A DNA stretch of 64,000 nucleotides, from positions 2,176,001 to 2,240,000 of the forward strand of contig CBDCXM010000009.1 of NCBI GenBank assembly GCA_965223855.1, read 5' to 3'. The translations under genes were made by a program, and so were the position numbers. This DNA comes from Candidatus Multivoradales bacterium (GTDB lineage Bacteria > Acidobacteriota > Thermoanaerobaculia > Multivoradales > JAHEKO01). Positions 29,640 to 40,484 of the stretch are shown piece after piece. Positions within the stretch are counted from its first letter, which is position 1. Each line of letters opens with the position of its first letter. The notes under the pieces are model-generated. The model was given only the letters and a program-made list of their open reading frames with translations, did not search any database and was not told the origin of the DNA.

Positions 29640-31475
29640 ATGGGTAAGGTTCTGGGCATCGACCTCGGAACGACCTACTGCTGCGCTGCGGTCGTGGACG
29701 TGGCGGCACCTCGGGTGCTGTCGAACCGCGAGGGGACCCGCACCACAGCGTCGATCGTCGCCTTCACGGACGAAGACGATCGCCTGGTCGGACAGATCGC
29801 GAAGCGGCAGGCGATCACCAATCCGCAGCACACGGTCTACGCGGTCAAGCGGCTGATCGGGCGCAAGTTCGCCGACCCCGAGGTCCAGCGGGCTCGCGAG
29901 CTGTTGCCCTATCCGCTGGTGGAGTCCGAGAACGGCGACGTCAAGATCCAGGTTCGCGACCACCAGTACAGCCCGGAGGAGATCTCCGCCTTCATCCTGC
30001 GCGAGATCAAGGGGTTCGCCGAGGAAGTGCTCGGCGAGTCGGTGGAAGAGGCGATCATCACCGTGCCCGCCTACTTCAACGACTCCCAGCGCCAGGCCAC
30101 GCGCGACGCAGGCAGGGTCGCCGGCCTCGAGGTGCTTCGGATCATCAACGAGCCGACCGCAGCGGCGCTCGCCTACGGGGTCGAACGGCAGGGGCCGGAT
30201 CGCACCATCGCCGTCTACGACCTGGGCGGCGGCACGTTCGACATCTCGATTCTCGAGATGTCGCAGGGGATCTTCGAAGTCAAGGCGACGTCGGGTGACA
30301 CCTTCCTCGGAGGTGAGGACTTCGACCAGCTCATCATGGACCACCTGATCTCGCAGTTTCAGGACGACACCGGGATCGATATCCGCACCGACCGCATGGC
30401 GCTGCAGCGCCTCAAAGAGGCGGCGGAGAGAGCGAAGTGCGAACTCTCGGTGGCCGAAGAGGCGCCGATCAACCTGCCGTTCATCTCGGCCGGCAAGGAA
30501 GGCCCGGTGCACCTGTCCACGGCGATCACCCGCGAGAAGTTCGAGGAACTCGTCGGTCCGCTCGTGGCGCGCACCGAGGAGCCGTGCCGGGAAGCGCTCA
30601 AGTCGGCCGGGTTGCGCAAGGAGGAGATCGACGAAGTGCTCCTCGTCGGCGGTCAGACGCGCAGCCCGATCGTGGCGCGCACGGTGGAGAGGATCTTCGG
30701 CAAGCCGCCGAACCGCGACATCAATCCCGACGAGGTCGTGGCGATGGGCGCCGCCATCCAGGGCGGCATCCTCAAGGGGGACATCAAGGACATCATCCTG
30801 CTCGACGTCACACCGCTGTCGCTCGGCGTCGAGACTCACGGCGGTCTGTTCACCAAGCTGATCGAGCGCAACTCGACGATCCCGACCCGCGCGACGCAGA
30901 TCTTCACCACCGTTGTCGACAACCAGGACACCGTGGAGATTCACGTCCTCCAGGGCGAGCGCGACATCGCCAACGAGAACAAGTCTCTCGGCCGTTTCGA
31001 GTTGGTCGGTGTGCCCCCGGCGCCTCGCGGCGTGCCCCAGATCGAGGTCAACTTCGCCATCGACTCGAACGGCATCGTCGCCGTCTCGGCACGCGATCTG
31101 GCGACCAACAAGTCGCAGAGCGTGCAGATCAATCCCGCCGGAGGGCTCAGCCGCGACGAGATCGACCGCCTGGTCGAGGAGGCGGAGGAGCATTCCGCCG
31201 CCGACAACCAGCGTCGTCAGGTGCGGAGGCTTCGCAACCGTCTCGAGGGCCTGATCTACGTCAACGAGAAGGTGTTCGAGCGCTTTCAGGAGGTCCTCAA
31301 CGCCGAAGATCGCCGTCGGGTCCGTGAGAAGGTGAACAAGGCGCGGGCAGCGCTCACGAGCGATGACCGCGCCGACCTGGAGGCGTCGATCTTCGACCTC
31401 AACTCGATCTCCAGCGACCTGTCCGATCTGATGCTCGGACAAGGCGGCAAGGACGAGATCGAAGTTTCGGAATAG
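29640..31475 (+). CDS. dnaK: Molecular chaperone DnaK (Hsp70)
   Basis: [49 protein letters not shown]. Confidence 0.95.
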   Translation: MGKVLGIDLGTTYCCAAVVDVAAPRVLSNREGTRTTASIVAFTDEDDRLVGQIAKRQAITNPQHTVYAVKRLIGRKFADPEVQRARELLPYPLVESENGDVKIQVRDHQYSPEEISAFILREIKGFAEEVLGESVEEAIITVPAYFNDSQRQATRDAGRVAGLEVLRIINEPTAAALAYGVERQGPDRTIAVYDLGGGTFDISILEMSQGIFEVKATSGDTFLGGEDFDQLIMDHLISQFQDDTGIDIRTDRMALQRLKEAAERAKCELSVAEEAPINLPFISAGKEGPVHLSTAITREKFEELVGPLVARTEEPCREALKSAGLRKEEIDEVLLVGGQTRSPIVARTVERIFGKPPNRDINPDEVVAMGAAIQGGILKGDIKDIILLDVTPLSLGVETHGGLFTKLIERNSTIPTRATQIFTTVVDNQDTVEIHVLQGERDIANENKSLGRFELVGVPPAPRGVPQIEVNFAIDSNGIVAVSARDLATNKSQSVQINPAGGLSRDEIDRLVEEAEEHSAADNQRRQVRRLRNRLEGLIYVNEKVFERFQEVLNAEDRRRVREKVNKARAALTSDDRADLEASIFDLNSISSDLSDLMLGQGGKDEIEVSE

Positions 31476-31478
31476 CCG

Positions 31479-32591
31479 GTGAGCGCGAGGGACTACTACG
31501 AGGTGCTCGGCGTCGAGCGGGACGCCGATGCGCGAGCGATCAAGGCGGCCTACCGCAAGCTCGCCGTGCGGTTCCACCCGGATCGCAATCCCGGCGATGC
31601 CGAGGCGGAGGCGAAGTTCAAGGAGGCGTCCGAGGCGTACGCCGTGCTCTCCGATGCCGACAAGCGCGCCCGCTACGATCGATTCGGCCATCGGTCGGGC
31701 GGCGGTCCGGCCGGCTTCGACCCGGAGACGTTCAGCGATTTCGCCGACATCCTCGGCGACTTCTTCGGCTCCGGTTTCGCCGACCTCTTCGGCGGCCGTC
31801 GCGCCCGCCGCGGCCCACGGCCCGGGGCGGACCTGCGCTACGAGCTGCTGCTGACCCTCGAGGAGGCGGCGTTCGGAGTCGAGCGCACCCTGGAGATTCC
31901 CCGTCTCGAGACCTGCGGATCGTGTACCGGCAGCGGCGCCGGCGAAGGGAGCCGCCCCCAGCAGTGCTCGGCCTGCGGCGGCCGAGGACAGGTGCGCGTG
32001 ACTCAGGGGTTCTTCGCCGTCGCCCGGACCTGCCCGCAGTGCCGCGGCGAGGGCGAGGTGATCACCGACCCGTGTCGCGACTGCAAGGGACGTGGACGGG
32101 TCGAGCAGGTACGGCAGGTCGGCATCAGTGTACCGGCCGGAGTCGACACCGGCACTCGCCTGCGCCGTGCCGGAGAAGGGGAGCACGGGCCTCGAAACGG
32201 TCCGCCGGGCGACCTCTACATCGACGTCATCGTCGAACCGCACGATCGCTTCGAGCGTCACGGCAACGACATCCTCGGGTCTGTCGAGGTGAGCTTTCCC
32301 GAGGCGGTGCTGGGCGCGAAGGTCGAGGTGGAGACGCTTCACGGTACGGAGAGCCTCGAGATTCCGGCGGGCAGCCGTCATGGAGCTCACTTCAGGTTGC
32401 GCGGCAAGGGGGTCGACCAGCTCGGCGGACGGGGGCGCGGCGATCACGTCGTCTCCCTCGAGCTCGCCGTGCCGCGGCCGAAGGATCTCGACGACGAGCG
32501 ACTCGAAGTGCTCCAGAAGTGGGCCGACGAGGACGGCAGCGAGATCCGCGAGCGCCGGGTGCTCGACCGGGTGAAGGACCTCTTCGGTTGA
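31479..32591 (+). CDS. dnaJ: Molecular chaperone DnaJ
   Basis: J domain with HPD, four CxxCxGxG repeats, C-terminal domain. Confidence 0.95.
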   Translation: MSARDYYEVLGVERDADARAIKAAYRKLAVRFHPDRNPGDAEAEAKFKEASEAYAVLSDADKRARYDRFGHRSGGGPAGFDPETFSDFADILGDFFGSGFADLFGGRRARRGPRPGADLRYELLLTLEEAAFGVERTLEIPRLETCGSCTGSGAGEGSRPQQCSACGGRGQVRVTQGFFAVARTCPQCRGEGEVITDPCRDCKGRGRVEQVRQVGISVPAGVDTGTRLRRAGEGEHGPRNGPPGDLYIDVIVEPHDRFERHGNDILGSVEVSFPEAVLGAKVEVETLHGTESLEIPAGSRHGAHFRLRGKGVDQLGGRGRGDHVVSLELAVPRPKDLDDERLEVLQKWADEDGSEIRERRVLDRVKDLFG

Positions 32592-33310
32592 CGCGGGCTT
32601 CGGCGGGGCGCTTGCGGGCGACCGTCGTGGTCGATCCGGATCGCTTCGGCCGTTCGTCGATCGAGGTCGAGGGCGACCTGTATCGCCACCTCTTCCGAGC
32701 TCGAAGGCTCGCCGTGGGAGACGGGCTGCGGGTGGTCGATGGTGCCGGGCGAGCGAAGGCGGCGGTCGTCGCCGACGTCTCCCGCGACAGCGCGCTCCTG
32801 GAACTGGGGGAGACGCTCGCTTCGCCCGAGCCGCGCCATGACCTCGAGCTGTGGGTCGCGCCGCCGAAGCCGGAGCGAGCCGCCTGGCTCGTCGAGAAGG
32901 CGACCGAACTCGGCGTGAGCGCGGTCCGCTGGCTGCGAACGGAGAGAAGCGGTCCCGGTTACCGCGAAGGAGCGCTCGAACGCCAGCGCAGAGTCGCGAT
33001 CGCGGCCCTCCAGCAGTGCGGTGGAGCCCGGCTGCCGGAACTCTCCGGGCCTCACTCGTTCGAGAACCGCCCCGAGTCGGCCGGCCAGCTTCTGGTGCTC
33101 GATCCCGACGGTGCGCCGCTCGCCGCTGCGCCGAGCGGCGCGGCGACGATCGTGGTCGGCCCCGAGGGTGGTTTCGTCCAGGCGGAGCTCGACGCCCTCG
33201 GGGCGGCGGGAGCGAGCCGTTGGAGGCTCGGTGCCCGCACGCTGAGGGTCGAAACTGCAGCCGTCGTCGCCGCCGGCCGCCTGCTCACCGGCACCGGAGC
33301 CCCGGCTTGA
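32588..33310 (+). CDS. rsmE: 16S rRNA m3U1498 methyltransferase
   Basis: EKATELGV, VGPEGGF, LGARTLRVETA; TTG start overlapping the dnaJ stop. Confidence 0.88.
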   Translation: MTRASAGRLRATVVVDPDRFGRSSIEVEGDLYRHLFRARRLAVGDGLRVVDGAGRAKAAVVADVSRDSALLELGETLASPEPRHDLELWVAPPKPERAAWLVEKATELGVSAVRWLRTERSGPGYREGALERQRRVAIAALQQCGGARLPELSGPHSFENRPESAGQLLVLDPDGAPLAAAPSGAATIVVGPEGGFVQAELDALGAAGASRWRLGARTLRVETAAVVAAGRLLTGTGAPA

Positions 33311-34650
33311 TCCCGGAGCGGCTCTCACGCTGGCGCTCGGCCGGTCGTCGACTCGTCCGCGGCCGACCGGTGCTGGAAGCGGTCGCCTCGGGCGCGATGG
33401 CGCTCGGCAGGGCGCTCGTCGCCGGCTTCTACCGGGTCGCCCTGAGCCCGTTCGGCAGGGTGCGGCGGAGGGCCGACGCCGCGGTGCAGGCGGAAATCGA
33501 GGCTCGCACCGATGCGTACAACGAGGCGGCCGAGGACTACTTTCGCGACTTCCACGACCCGGGATTTCTGCGCAACAAGCCGTTCTCGGAGGCGGACGGC
33601 TTCGCCGATCGGCTGTTCAACCTGGGCGTGCTCTTCCGCGGCGCCCGGTTGCGCCCGGGGGACGTCGTTCTCGACTTCGGCGCCGGCAGCTGCTGGATGT
33701 CGCACTTCCTTCACCGCTACGGCTGCAAGACCTACTCGGTCGACGTCTCGGAGACGGCGCTCGCCCTCGGTCGCCGACTGTTCGAGGAGGACTCGAACAC
33801 CGACTGGGCCCTCGAGCCGGAGTTCGTCCTCTACGACGGGCACTCGATCCCGCTGCCGGACGACTGTTGCGACAAGATCCTCGTCAACGACGCCTTCCAC
33901 CACGTCCCCAATCAGCGTCGGATCCTCACCGAGTTCGCCCGCCTGCTGCGGCCGGACGGCATCGTGGCGATGCGCGAGCCGGGCCAGGAGCACACGGCGA
34001 ACCCCGAGACGGTCGAGGAGGCGAAGCTGGGAGTGCTCGAGAACGACATCTTCGTCGAGGATCTGGCGCTGCTGGCCGCTGAGTGCGGTCTCGCGGGGGC
34101 GACGCTCATCCCGGCGAGTGCCGATGCGCTGATCGAGATCGACGCCGCCGACCTCGGGCCGTTCATGCGGGGCAAGGGGTTTCCCCACTACTGGTGGACT
34201 CTGTGCCGAACGCTCGAGCACGGACATTTCCTCTTCCTGCGGCCTTCACGGGTACCGACGACTCGTGCGCCGCGGCTGCTGAGCGCCGAGATCTGGGTGC
34301 TCGGGAGTTCCACGCTCCACGCCCGGCCCGGCGAGGCACTGCCGGTGCGTGTCGCCGTCCGCAACTGTGGCGACACGACCTGGCTTGGAGCCGACTCCCA
34401 CGGGACGCCCGGCTGGACCCGACTCGGAGTCCATCTCGAGGGGGCGGGGCGATCCGACTACGACTGGCTGCGCGCCGAGCTGCCGCGCGACATGCCGCCG
34501 CTCGACAGGGTGGAGCTCGAACTGGAGCTGCCGCCCCTGGAGCGCCCGGGCGACTACCGCGTCAGCTTCGAAATGGTGATCGAAGGGCGGCAGTGGTTCG
34601 CCACTCCCGGTGAAGATCTCTTCGAGGTGTCGCTGGTCGTCGGCGAGTGA
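33307..34650 (+). CDS. Class I SAM-dependent methyltransferase with C-terminal Ig-like domain
   Basis: VLDFGAGSCW, VDVS, DAFHHVP..RLLRPDG; C-terminal V.VRN.G..TW...RLG.H...P..PG.Y...FEMV.EG..WF. Start uncertain. Confidence 0.8.
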   Translation: MIPERLSRWRSAGRRLVRGRPVLEAVASGAMALGRALVAGFYRVALSPFGRVRRRADAAVQAEIEARTDAYNEAAEDYFRDFHDPGFLRNKPFSEADGFADRLFNLGVLFRGARLRPGDVVLDFGAGSCWMSHFLHRYGCKTYSVDVSETALALGRRLFEEDSNTDWALEPEFVLYDGHSIPLPDDCCDKILVNDAFHHVPNQRRILTEFARLLRPDGIVAMREPGQEHTANPETVEEAKLGVLENDIFVEDLALLAAECGLAGATLIPASADALIEIDAADLGPFMRGKGFPHYWWTLCRTLEHGHFLFLRPSRVPTTRAPRLLSAEIWVLGSSTLHARPGEALPVRVAVRNCGDTTWLGADSHGTPGWTRLGVHLEGAGRSDYDWLRAELPRDMPPLDRVELELELPPLERPGDYRVSFEMVIEGRQWFATPGEDLFEVSLVVGE

Positions 34651-34789
34651 ACCGCGCCGGGTGCCGCCGCTGCAACGGTTTGCGTTGGCCCGTAACCTAC
34701 CGTCCTGCTAGGCTTTTCGGTCAACGAACCGAGTGTCGAGGCTCGACCGGCCGCCGCCGGTCGGTCGCCGAGCACAACGAGAGGCTGCC

Positions 34790-35953
34790 ATGAGCATCAA
34801 CGACCTTCTCAAAGTCGCCGTCGAGCGCGAGGCGTCGGACCTTCACCTGAAGGTCGGCAATCACCCGGTGCTGCGCATCAACGGGCGGCTCCACCCGATG
34901 CTGGAGATCAACCGCCTGATGCAGGACGACACGGCGGCCATGGCGTTCTCGATCATGAACGCCCGCCAGAAGCAGCGCTTCAAGGAGGACCTCGAGATCG
35001 ACATCGGCTACTCGGTCCCGGGGCTCGGGCGCTTCCGCTGCAACGTCTTCCAGCAGCGCGGCGCGGTCGGACTGGTGCTGCGTGTCATCCCGACCACCAT
35101 CCTCGGGGTCCGGGAACTCATGCTGCCGCCGGTGATCGAGAAGATCGCCGAAGAGCAGCGCGGTCTGGTGCTCGTGACCGGCACTACCGGCTCGGGTAAG
35201 TCGACGACACTCGCCGCGATGATCGACCACATCAACGAGCGCCGCACCGAGCACGTCGTGACGATCGAGGATCCGATCGAGTTCATCCATCAGGACAAGA
35301 AGTCGCTCGTCAATCAGCGTGAACTCGACGTCGACACGCGCGGCTTCGCGCCGGCGCTGCGATCCGCATTGCGTCAGGACCCCGACGTCATCCTCGTCGG
35401 TGAGATGCGCGACTACGAGACGATCGAGACCGCGCTGCTGGCGGCCGAGACCGGCCATCTGGTGCTCTCGACCCTCCATACCCTCGACGCCACCGAGACG
35501 GTCAACCGCATCATCGCCGTCTTCCCGCCGCATCAGCAGAAGCAGATCCGCATCCAGCTCTCGCAGGTACTCAAGGCGATCATCTCTCAGCGCCTGATGC
35601 CGCGAGCGGACGGGGTCGGCCGGGTGCCGGCGGCCGAGATCCTGCTGGCGACCGCCTACATCCGCGACTGCATCGAGAACAAGGAAAAGACCAAGTACAT
35701 CCGCGAGCAGATCGCCCTCGGCACGAGCCAGTACGGCATGCAGACCTTCGACCAGTCGCTCTACCACCTCTACGAGAGCGGTCTCATCACCTTCGACGAG
35801 GCTCTGCGCAGGGCGTCGAACCCGGACGAGTTCAAGCTCAAGGTCCAGGGTGTTCAGTTCACCTCCGACGCGGCTCGCGAGCAGATGGAGTCGTCGCTCG
35901 AGATGTCGAGCGGCTTCGGCGGCGGTGGCATCGACGATGCCGTCGAGCCCTGA
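34790..35953 (+). CDS. pilT: Type IV pilus retraction ATPase (PilT/PilU family)
   Basis: ASDLHL, GTTGSGKSTT, TIEDPIEF, LRQDPDVILVGEMRD, GHLVLSTLH, GMQTFDQSL. Confidence 0.9.
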   Translation: MSINDLLKVAVEREASDLHLKVGNHPVLRINGRLHPMLEINRLMQDDTAAMAFSIMNARQKQRFKEDLEIDIGYSVPGLGRFRCNVFQQRGAVGLVLRVIPTTILGVRELMLPPVIEKIAEEQRGLVLVTGTTGSGKSTTLAAMIDHINERRTEHVVTIEDPIEFIHQDKKSLVNQRELDVDTRGFAPALRSALRQDPDVILVGEMRDYETIETALLAAETGHLVLSTLHTLDATETVNRIIAVFPPHQQKQIRIQLSQVLKAIISQRLMPRADGVGRVPAAEILLATAYIRDCIENKEKTKYIREQIALGTSQYGMQTFDQSLYHLYESGLITFDEALRRASNPDEFKLKVQGVQFTSDAAREQMESSLEMSSGFGGGGIDDAVEP

Positions 35954-36452
35954 GGGGGACGAGCAGGAACCGCGCGCCGAGGGGGATCGAACCGCCGAAG
36001 CGCGCGCCAAGGCGCTCGACCTGCTGGCGTCACGACCCCACTTCCGAGCCGAACTGGCGGTCAAGCTCGGACGGCGGGGTTTCGAGCCCGGAGTCGTCGA
36101 GGCCTGCCTCGACCGCCTCGAGGAGAGCGGCTACCTGGATGACCGCGAAGCGGCTCTGGGGTTCGCCCGCGGCCGTGCGAGCCGCGGTCACTGGGGCCCG
36201 GCGCGGCTGAGAGCCGAGCTTCGCGGCCGTGGAGTCGGGGACTCGATCGCCGACGAGGTGGTCCGCGAGCAGTTCGCCGACGGTGAGCGCGAGGCGATCG
36301 AGGCGGCCGCCGAGGCGTGGCGGCGCCGCGGCCGGGGAGGGCGCGACGCGCTGGCCCGCTTTCTCGACCGGCGGGGGTTCTCAAAGGGCGCGATCGTTGA
36401 GATATTGACCCTCTTCGCCGAGCCGGGAGAGAGCGATCATGAAGAGTTCTGA
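35937..36452 (+). CDS. recX: Regulatory protein RecX
   Basis: ALDLLASR, EL..KL..RGF, GYLDD, GPARLRAELRGRGV, FLDRRGFS; sits upstream of alaS. Confidence 0.85.
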   Translation: MPSSPEGDEQEPRAEGDRTAEARAKALDLLASRPHFRAELAVKLGRRGFEPGVVEACLDRLEESGYLDDREAALGFARGRASRGHWGPARLRAELRGRGVGDSIADEVVREQFADGEREAIEAAAEAWRRRGRGGRDALARFLDRRGFSKGAIVEILTLFAEPGESDHEEF

Positions 36453-39123
36453 CGTCCGCCAGGGGTTTCTCGACTACTTTGCCGAGCGGGGCCACGCCGC
36501 TCTGCCGAGCGGGCCGCTCGTTCCCGCCGGCGACGCGACGCTGCTCTTCACCAACGCCGGCATGGTGCAGTTCAAGGATCATTTCCTCGGCCGCGTGACT
36601 GTCGATCCGCCGCGCGCGGTGACCTCCCAGAAGTGCATGCGGGTCTCGGGCAAGCACAACGACCTCGAGAACGTCGGCCCCAGTCCCCGCCACCACACGT
36701 TCTTCGAGATGCTCGGCAACTTCTCGTTCGGCGACTACTTCAAGGCCGAGGCGATCGAGTTCGCCTGGGAGCTGGTGACAAAGGTCTGGGGGCTGCCTCC
36801 GGAGCGCCTCTTTGCCACCGTGTTCGAGGAGGACGACGAGGCCGAGGAGCTGTGGAAAAAGGTCTCCGGCCTCGATCCGCGACGGATCTACCGCTGCGGC
36901 GCTAAGGACAACTTCTGGGCGATGGGCGACACCGGTCCGTGCGGACCGTGCAGCGAGATCTTCGTCGACCTTCAGCCGGACCGGCCGCAGATCGACTTCC
37001 ACGAGGGCTCCGAGAACGGTCGCTACCTCGAGATCTGGAATCTCGTCTTCATGCAGTTCGACCGCGGCGAGGACGGCGAGACCGTGCCGTTGCCGAACCC
37101 GTCGATCGACACCGGCGCCGGCCTCGAACGGGTCGCCGCAGTGCTCCAGGGGGTGGGGTCCAACTACGACAGCGACCTCTTCCAGCCGATCCTCGCGGCA
37201 GCGGCGGCGCTCGCCGATCGGACCTACGGCGAGGATGCGTCGGCCGACGTCTCCATGCGGGTGATCGCCGATCACCTGCGGGCGGTGACCTTCCTGCTGG
37301 CCGACGGCGTCATCCCGAGCAACGAGGGTCGCGGCTATGTGCTCCGCCGCATCCTGCGCCGCGCGGTGCGCCACGGGATGAATCTCGGCTTCGAGGAGCC
37401 GTTCCTGCACCGGCTGGTGCCGGTGGTCGGCGAGGTGCTCGGCGAGCACTACGAAGAGCTCGGCGCCACGCGGAGCGCGTCACAGAAGACCGTCGAGGCG
37501 GAGGAGCAGAAGTTCCTCTCGACCGTTGCCACCGCCTCCGGGCGGGTGCAGAAGGCGATCGAAGAGGCGAAGGCGGCGGGGAGGAGCGAGCTCGACGGCG
37601 CGAGTGTGTTCCGGTTCTACGACACGTTCGGGCTGCCGGCGGAGGTGATTCGCGAGATCGCCGAAGAGGAGCGGTTCGGGGTCGATGAGAAGGGCTTCCA
37701 GGTAGAGCTCGAGAAGCAGCGGTCGAGGTCGAGGGATGCGGCTGGTGGTTCGGGGAAGATCGAGGAGGCGGACTTCGGCTACACGGGTACACCGCCCGAG
37801 ACCCGTTTCGTGGGGTACGGCAAGGGTGCACGACGGGAACAGCAAGCGGGAATCAGGGCTCTCGCGGGAAGAGGGCCGGCCGGCGATTGGCAGTTCACCG
37901 ACCGTCTCGACACCGGGATGGAAGGACTGGTCGTGCTCGATCCGACTCCGTTCTACGCCGAGGCGGGCGGCCAGGTCGGTGACCGTGGCTTCCTTACCTG
38001 GAAGGGTGGGAGGGCGGTCGTCGTCGATACTCGCAAGGTCAACTCGGGCAAGGTCCATGCCCAGCGCGTGAGGGTCGAAGAGGGGAGTCTTGTCGGTCCC
38101 TGGATAGAGGACGGAGTCACCCGGCTCATCAGGGCCGAGGTAGATCTCGATCATCGGGTTCCCACGGAACGCAACCACACCGGCACCCATCTGCTCCATG
38201 CCGCCCTGCGCCACGTTCTGGGGGACGGGGTCCGCCAGGCCGGTTCGCTGGTCGCTCCCGACCGGCTCCGCTTCGACTTCACCTACGGTCAGCCGGTCAC
38301 CGACGACGAGTTGCGAGAGATCGAGTCGATCGTCAACCGCTGGGTCCTGGAGAGTCGCACGGTCGAAATCGAGGAGGGCCGCGACTTCGAAGAGGCACGG
38401 GCTGCCGGTGCGATGGCGCTCTTCGGCGAGAAGTACGGCGACACGGTTCGCACGGTCGAGGTGCCGGGCGGTGTCGGCAGCCTCGAGCTGTGCGGAGGCT
38501 GCCACGTCTCCAACACCGGAGAGATTGGTCCGTTCCTGATCGTCGCCGAGCGCGGCGTCGCCTCCGGGGTGCGCCGCATCGAGGCGCTCACCGGCGAGGG
38601 GGCGCTCGAGGAGATCGACCGCCGCCGCCGGCTGCTCGCCCGGCTCGGCGAGGTCGCCGGAGTGCCGGAGGATCGGCTGGTCGATGAGATCGAGCAGCGA
38701 TCCCTGCGCGCCAGGGATCTCGAGCGGGAGCTTTCGAGCCTGCGCATGAAGATGGTCTCGGGCGCCGGCGGCGACGAAGACGATGGGGTGGATGTCGACG
38801 GCCTCAGGGTCGTGGCGAAGGAGGTGCCGATGGCACCCGCCAACGACCTGCGCAGCATGGCCGACGTGCTGCGCAACAGGATCGGCAGCGGAGTGGTGGT
38901 GCTGGGCGCGCGCGCCGACGGCAAGGTCCAGCTGATCGTCGCCGTCTCGCCCGATGCCACCGATCGCGTGCGAGCCGGCGATGTGGTCAAGGAGCTGGCG
39001 GCCCGGGTCGGTGGCGGAGGAGGCGGGCGGCCCGACTTCGCACAGGCCGGAGGGCGCGATCCCGAGGCGCTGGACGAGGCGCTCGCGGCCGCAGCCGACG
39101 TCGTTCGGGAGAAGTTGGCGTAA
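36439..39123 (+). CDS. alaS: Alanine--tRNA ligase
   Basis: LLFTNAGMVQFK, HHTFFEMLGNFSFGDYFK, DTGAGLER, NHTGTHLLH, ELCGGCH, GGGGRPDFAQAGG. Confidence 0.97.
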   Translation: MKSSDVRQGFLDYFAERGHAALPSGPLVPAGDATLLFTNAGMVQFKDHFLGRVTVDPPRAVTSQKCMRVSGKHNDLENVGPSPRHHTFFEMLGNFSFGDYFKAEAIEFAWELVTKVWGLPPERLFATVFEEDDEAEELWKKVSGLDPRRIYRCGAKDNFWAMGDTGPCGPCSEIFVDLQPDRPQIDFHEGSENGRYLEIWNLVFMQFDRGEDGETVPLPNPSIDTGAGLERVAAVLQGVGSNYDSDLFQPILAAAAALADRTYGEDASADVSMRVIADHLRAVTFLLADGVIPSNEGRGYVLRRILRRAVRHGMNLGFEEPFLHRLVPVVGEVLGEHYEELGATRSASQKTVEAEEQKFLSTVATASGRVQKAIEEAKAAGRSELDGASVFRFYDTFGLPAEVIREIAEEERFGVDEKGFQVELEKQRSRSRDAAGGSGKIEEADFGYTGTPPETRFVGYGKGARREQQAGIRALAGRGPAGDWQFTDRLDTGMEGLVVLDPTPFYAEAGGQVGDRGFLTWKGGRAVVVDTRKVNSGKVHAQRVRVEEGSLVGPWIEDGVTRLIRAEVDLDHRVPTERNHTGTHLLHAALRHVLGDGVRQAGSLVAPDRLRFDFTYGQPVTDDELREIESIVNRWVLESRTVEIEEGRDFEEARAAGAMALFGEKYGDTVRTVEVPGGVGSLELCGGCHVSNTGEIGPFLIVAERGVASGVRRIEALTGEGALEEIDRRRRLLARLGEVAGVPEDRLVDEIEQRSLRARDLERELSSLRMKMVSGAGGDEDDGVDVDGLRVVAKEVPMAPANDLRSMADVLRNRIGSGVVVLGARADGKVQLIVAVSPDATDRVRAGDVVKELAARVGGGGGGRPDFAQAGGRDPEALDEALAAAADVVREKLA

Positions 39124-39128
39124 ACTCG

Positions 39129-39827
39129 ATGGTTATGCGACGAATCGCGGCCGGCTTGGCCGGCTTTCTCGTCGTGGGTGCCGCGATCGCCGACGTCGAG
39201 GTGCACACGGGAGCCGACGGACGGAAGGTGTTCACGAACACCCCGTCCGTACGGGTTGCGAGTCGACCGGCAACGGCTCGCTCGACCCCCTCGACCCGGC
39301 CGGCCCGCTCGGCTTCGCCCGCAGCGATCGCCCTCGTGTCGCGCGACGAGCTCGACTCGCTGATCGAGGAGCATTCCGGCCGTAATCGTCTCGACCCCGA
39401 TCTGGTGCGGGCGGTCATTCGCGCCGAGTCCGGCTTCAACCCGCGCGCCGTCTCGTCCAAGGGGGCAATGGGGTTGATGCAGTTGATGCCGGCGACGGCG
39501 GCCGACCTCGATGTCGACGACGCGTTCGATCCGGAGTCGAACATCGACGGAGGCACCCGTTACCTGCGGCAGATGTTCGACGAGTTCGAGGGGCAGATCG
39601 AGCTCGCTCTGGCGGGCTACAACGCCGGCCCCAATGCGGTGCGCCACTACGGCGGTATTCCGCCGTTCGCAGAGACCCGCAGGTACGTCGAGCGGGTGCT
39701 GCGGGACTACCGCGATGATTTCGGCTACCGGCTGCCGACGACCGCCGCCTCGAGCGGAGGGCGCAAGGTCTACATGTCGCGCGACTCCTCGGGCAAGCTC
39801 GTTCTCTCGACCTTCGGCGACGGCTGA
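39129..39827 (+). CDS. Lytic transglycosylase (SLT domain)
   Basis: Signal peptide; VIRAESGFNPRAVSSKGAMGLMQLMP; YNAG; ETRRYV. Confidence 0.9.
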   Translation: MVMRRIAAGLAGFLVVGAAIADVEVHTGADGRKVFTNTPSVRVASRPATARSTPSTRPARSASPAAIALVSRDELDSLIEEHSGRNRLDPDLVRAVIRAESGFNPRAVSSKGAMGLMQLMPATAADLDVDDAFDPESNIDGGTRYLRQMFDEFEGQIELALAGYNAGPNAVRHYGGIPPFAETRRYVERVLRDYRDDFGYRLPTTAASSGGRKVYMSRDSSGKLVLSTFGDG

Positions 39828-39904
39828 AGCCGGGCCCGCGGCCGCCTCCTCACCTCCCAGCATCGTCCGACTCGCGCTCTCTCGCTGCGATACCCTCACC
39901 TGCC

Positions 39905-40462
39905 GTGGCTCCTCGCATCTTCACCGTTCCGAACGCGCTGACGCTCTTCCGCATCCTGCTGGTGCCGCTCCTGGTCGTGGTGCTTCTCACGAAGTTCGAG
40001 GGCAAGGAGATGGTCGGTCTCGGCGTCTTCCTGCTCGCCTCGCTGACCGATTTCCTCGACGGTTTCCTCGCCCGCCGGCGGCAGGAGGTGACCAAGCTCG
40101 GCAAGTTGCTCGATCCGGCGGCCGACAAAATCCTCGTCTCCGCGGCGCTGATCTCGCTCATCGAGCTCGACGTCGCACCCGCCTGGATCGTGATGGTGAT
40201 CCTCGCGCGCGAGTTCCTGATGTCGGCCTTTCGCAGTCTCGCCGCCGGAGAGGGGATCGTCCTCGCCGCTTCCTGGCTCGGCAAGCTCAAGACGACGACG
40301 CAGATCATCGCGATCTCGCTCCTGATCATCTACGAGCACCTCGGTGAGTTCGAGCATCTGGCGCCGGCGATGCTGTGGATCGCCATGATCACGACCCTCG
40401 TCTCCGGGCTCGAATACCTGATCCGCTACGGCCCCCAGGTGGTCGGCGTGGACCGGCCCTGA
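39905..40462 (+). CDS. pgsA: CDP-diacylglycerol--glycerol-3-phosphate 3-phosphatidyltransferase
   Basis: PNALTLFR, TDFLDGFLAR...GKLLDPAADK, GKLKT. Confidence 0.88.
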   Translation: MAPRIFTVPNALTLFRILLVPLLVVVLLTKFEGKEMVGLGVFLLASLTDFLDGFLARRRQEVTKLGKLLDPAADKILVSAALISLIELDVAPAWIVMVILAREFLMSAFRSLAAGEGIVLAASWLGKLKTTTQIIAISLLIIYEHLGEFEHLAPAMLWIAMITTLVSGLEYLIRYGPQVVGVDRP

Positions 40463-40484
40463 CGGGAGCGTCGAGAGCGGTCCG

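Noticed and set aside
29640-31475. DnaK with TYCC in the phosphate-1 motif and a short C-terminal tail
   Set aside because: Within the variation seen among DnaK paralogs, and in a canonical hrcA-grpE-dnaK-dnaJ context
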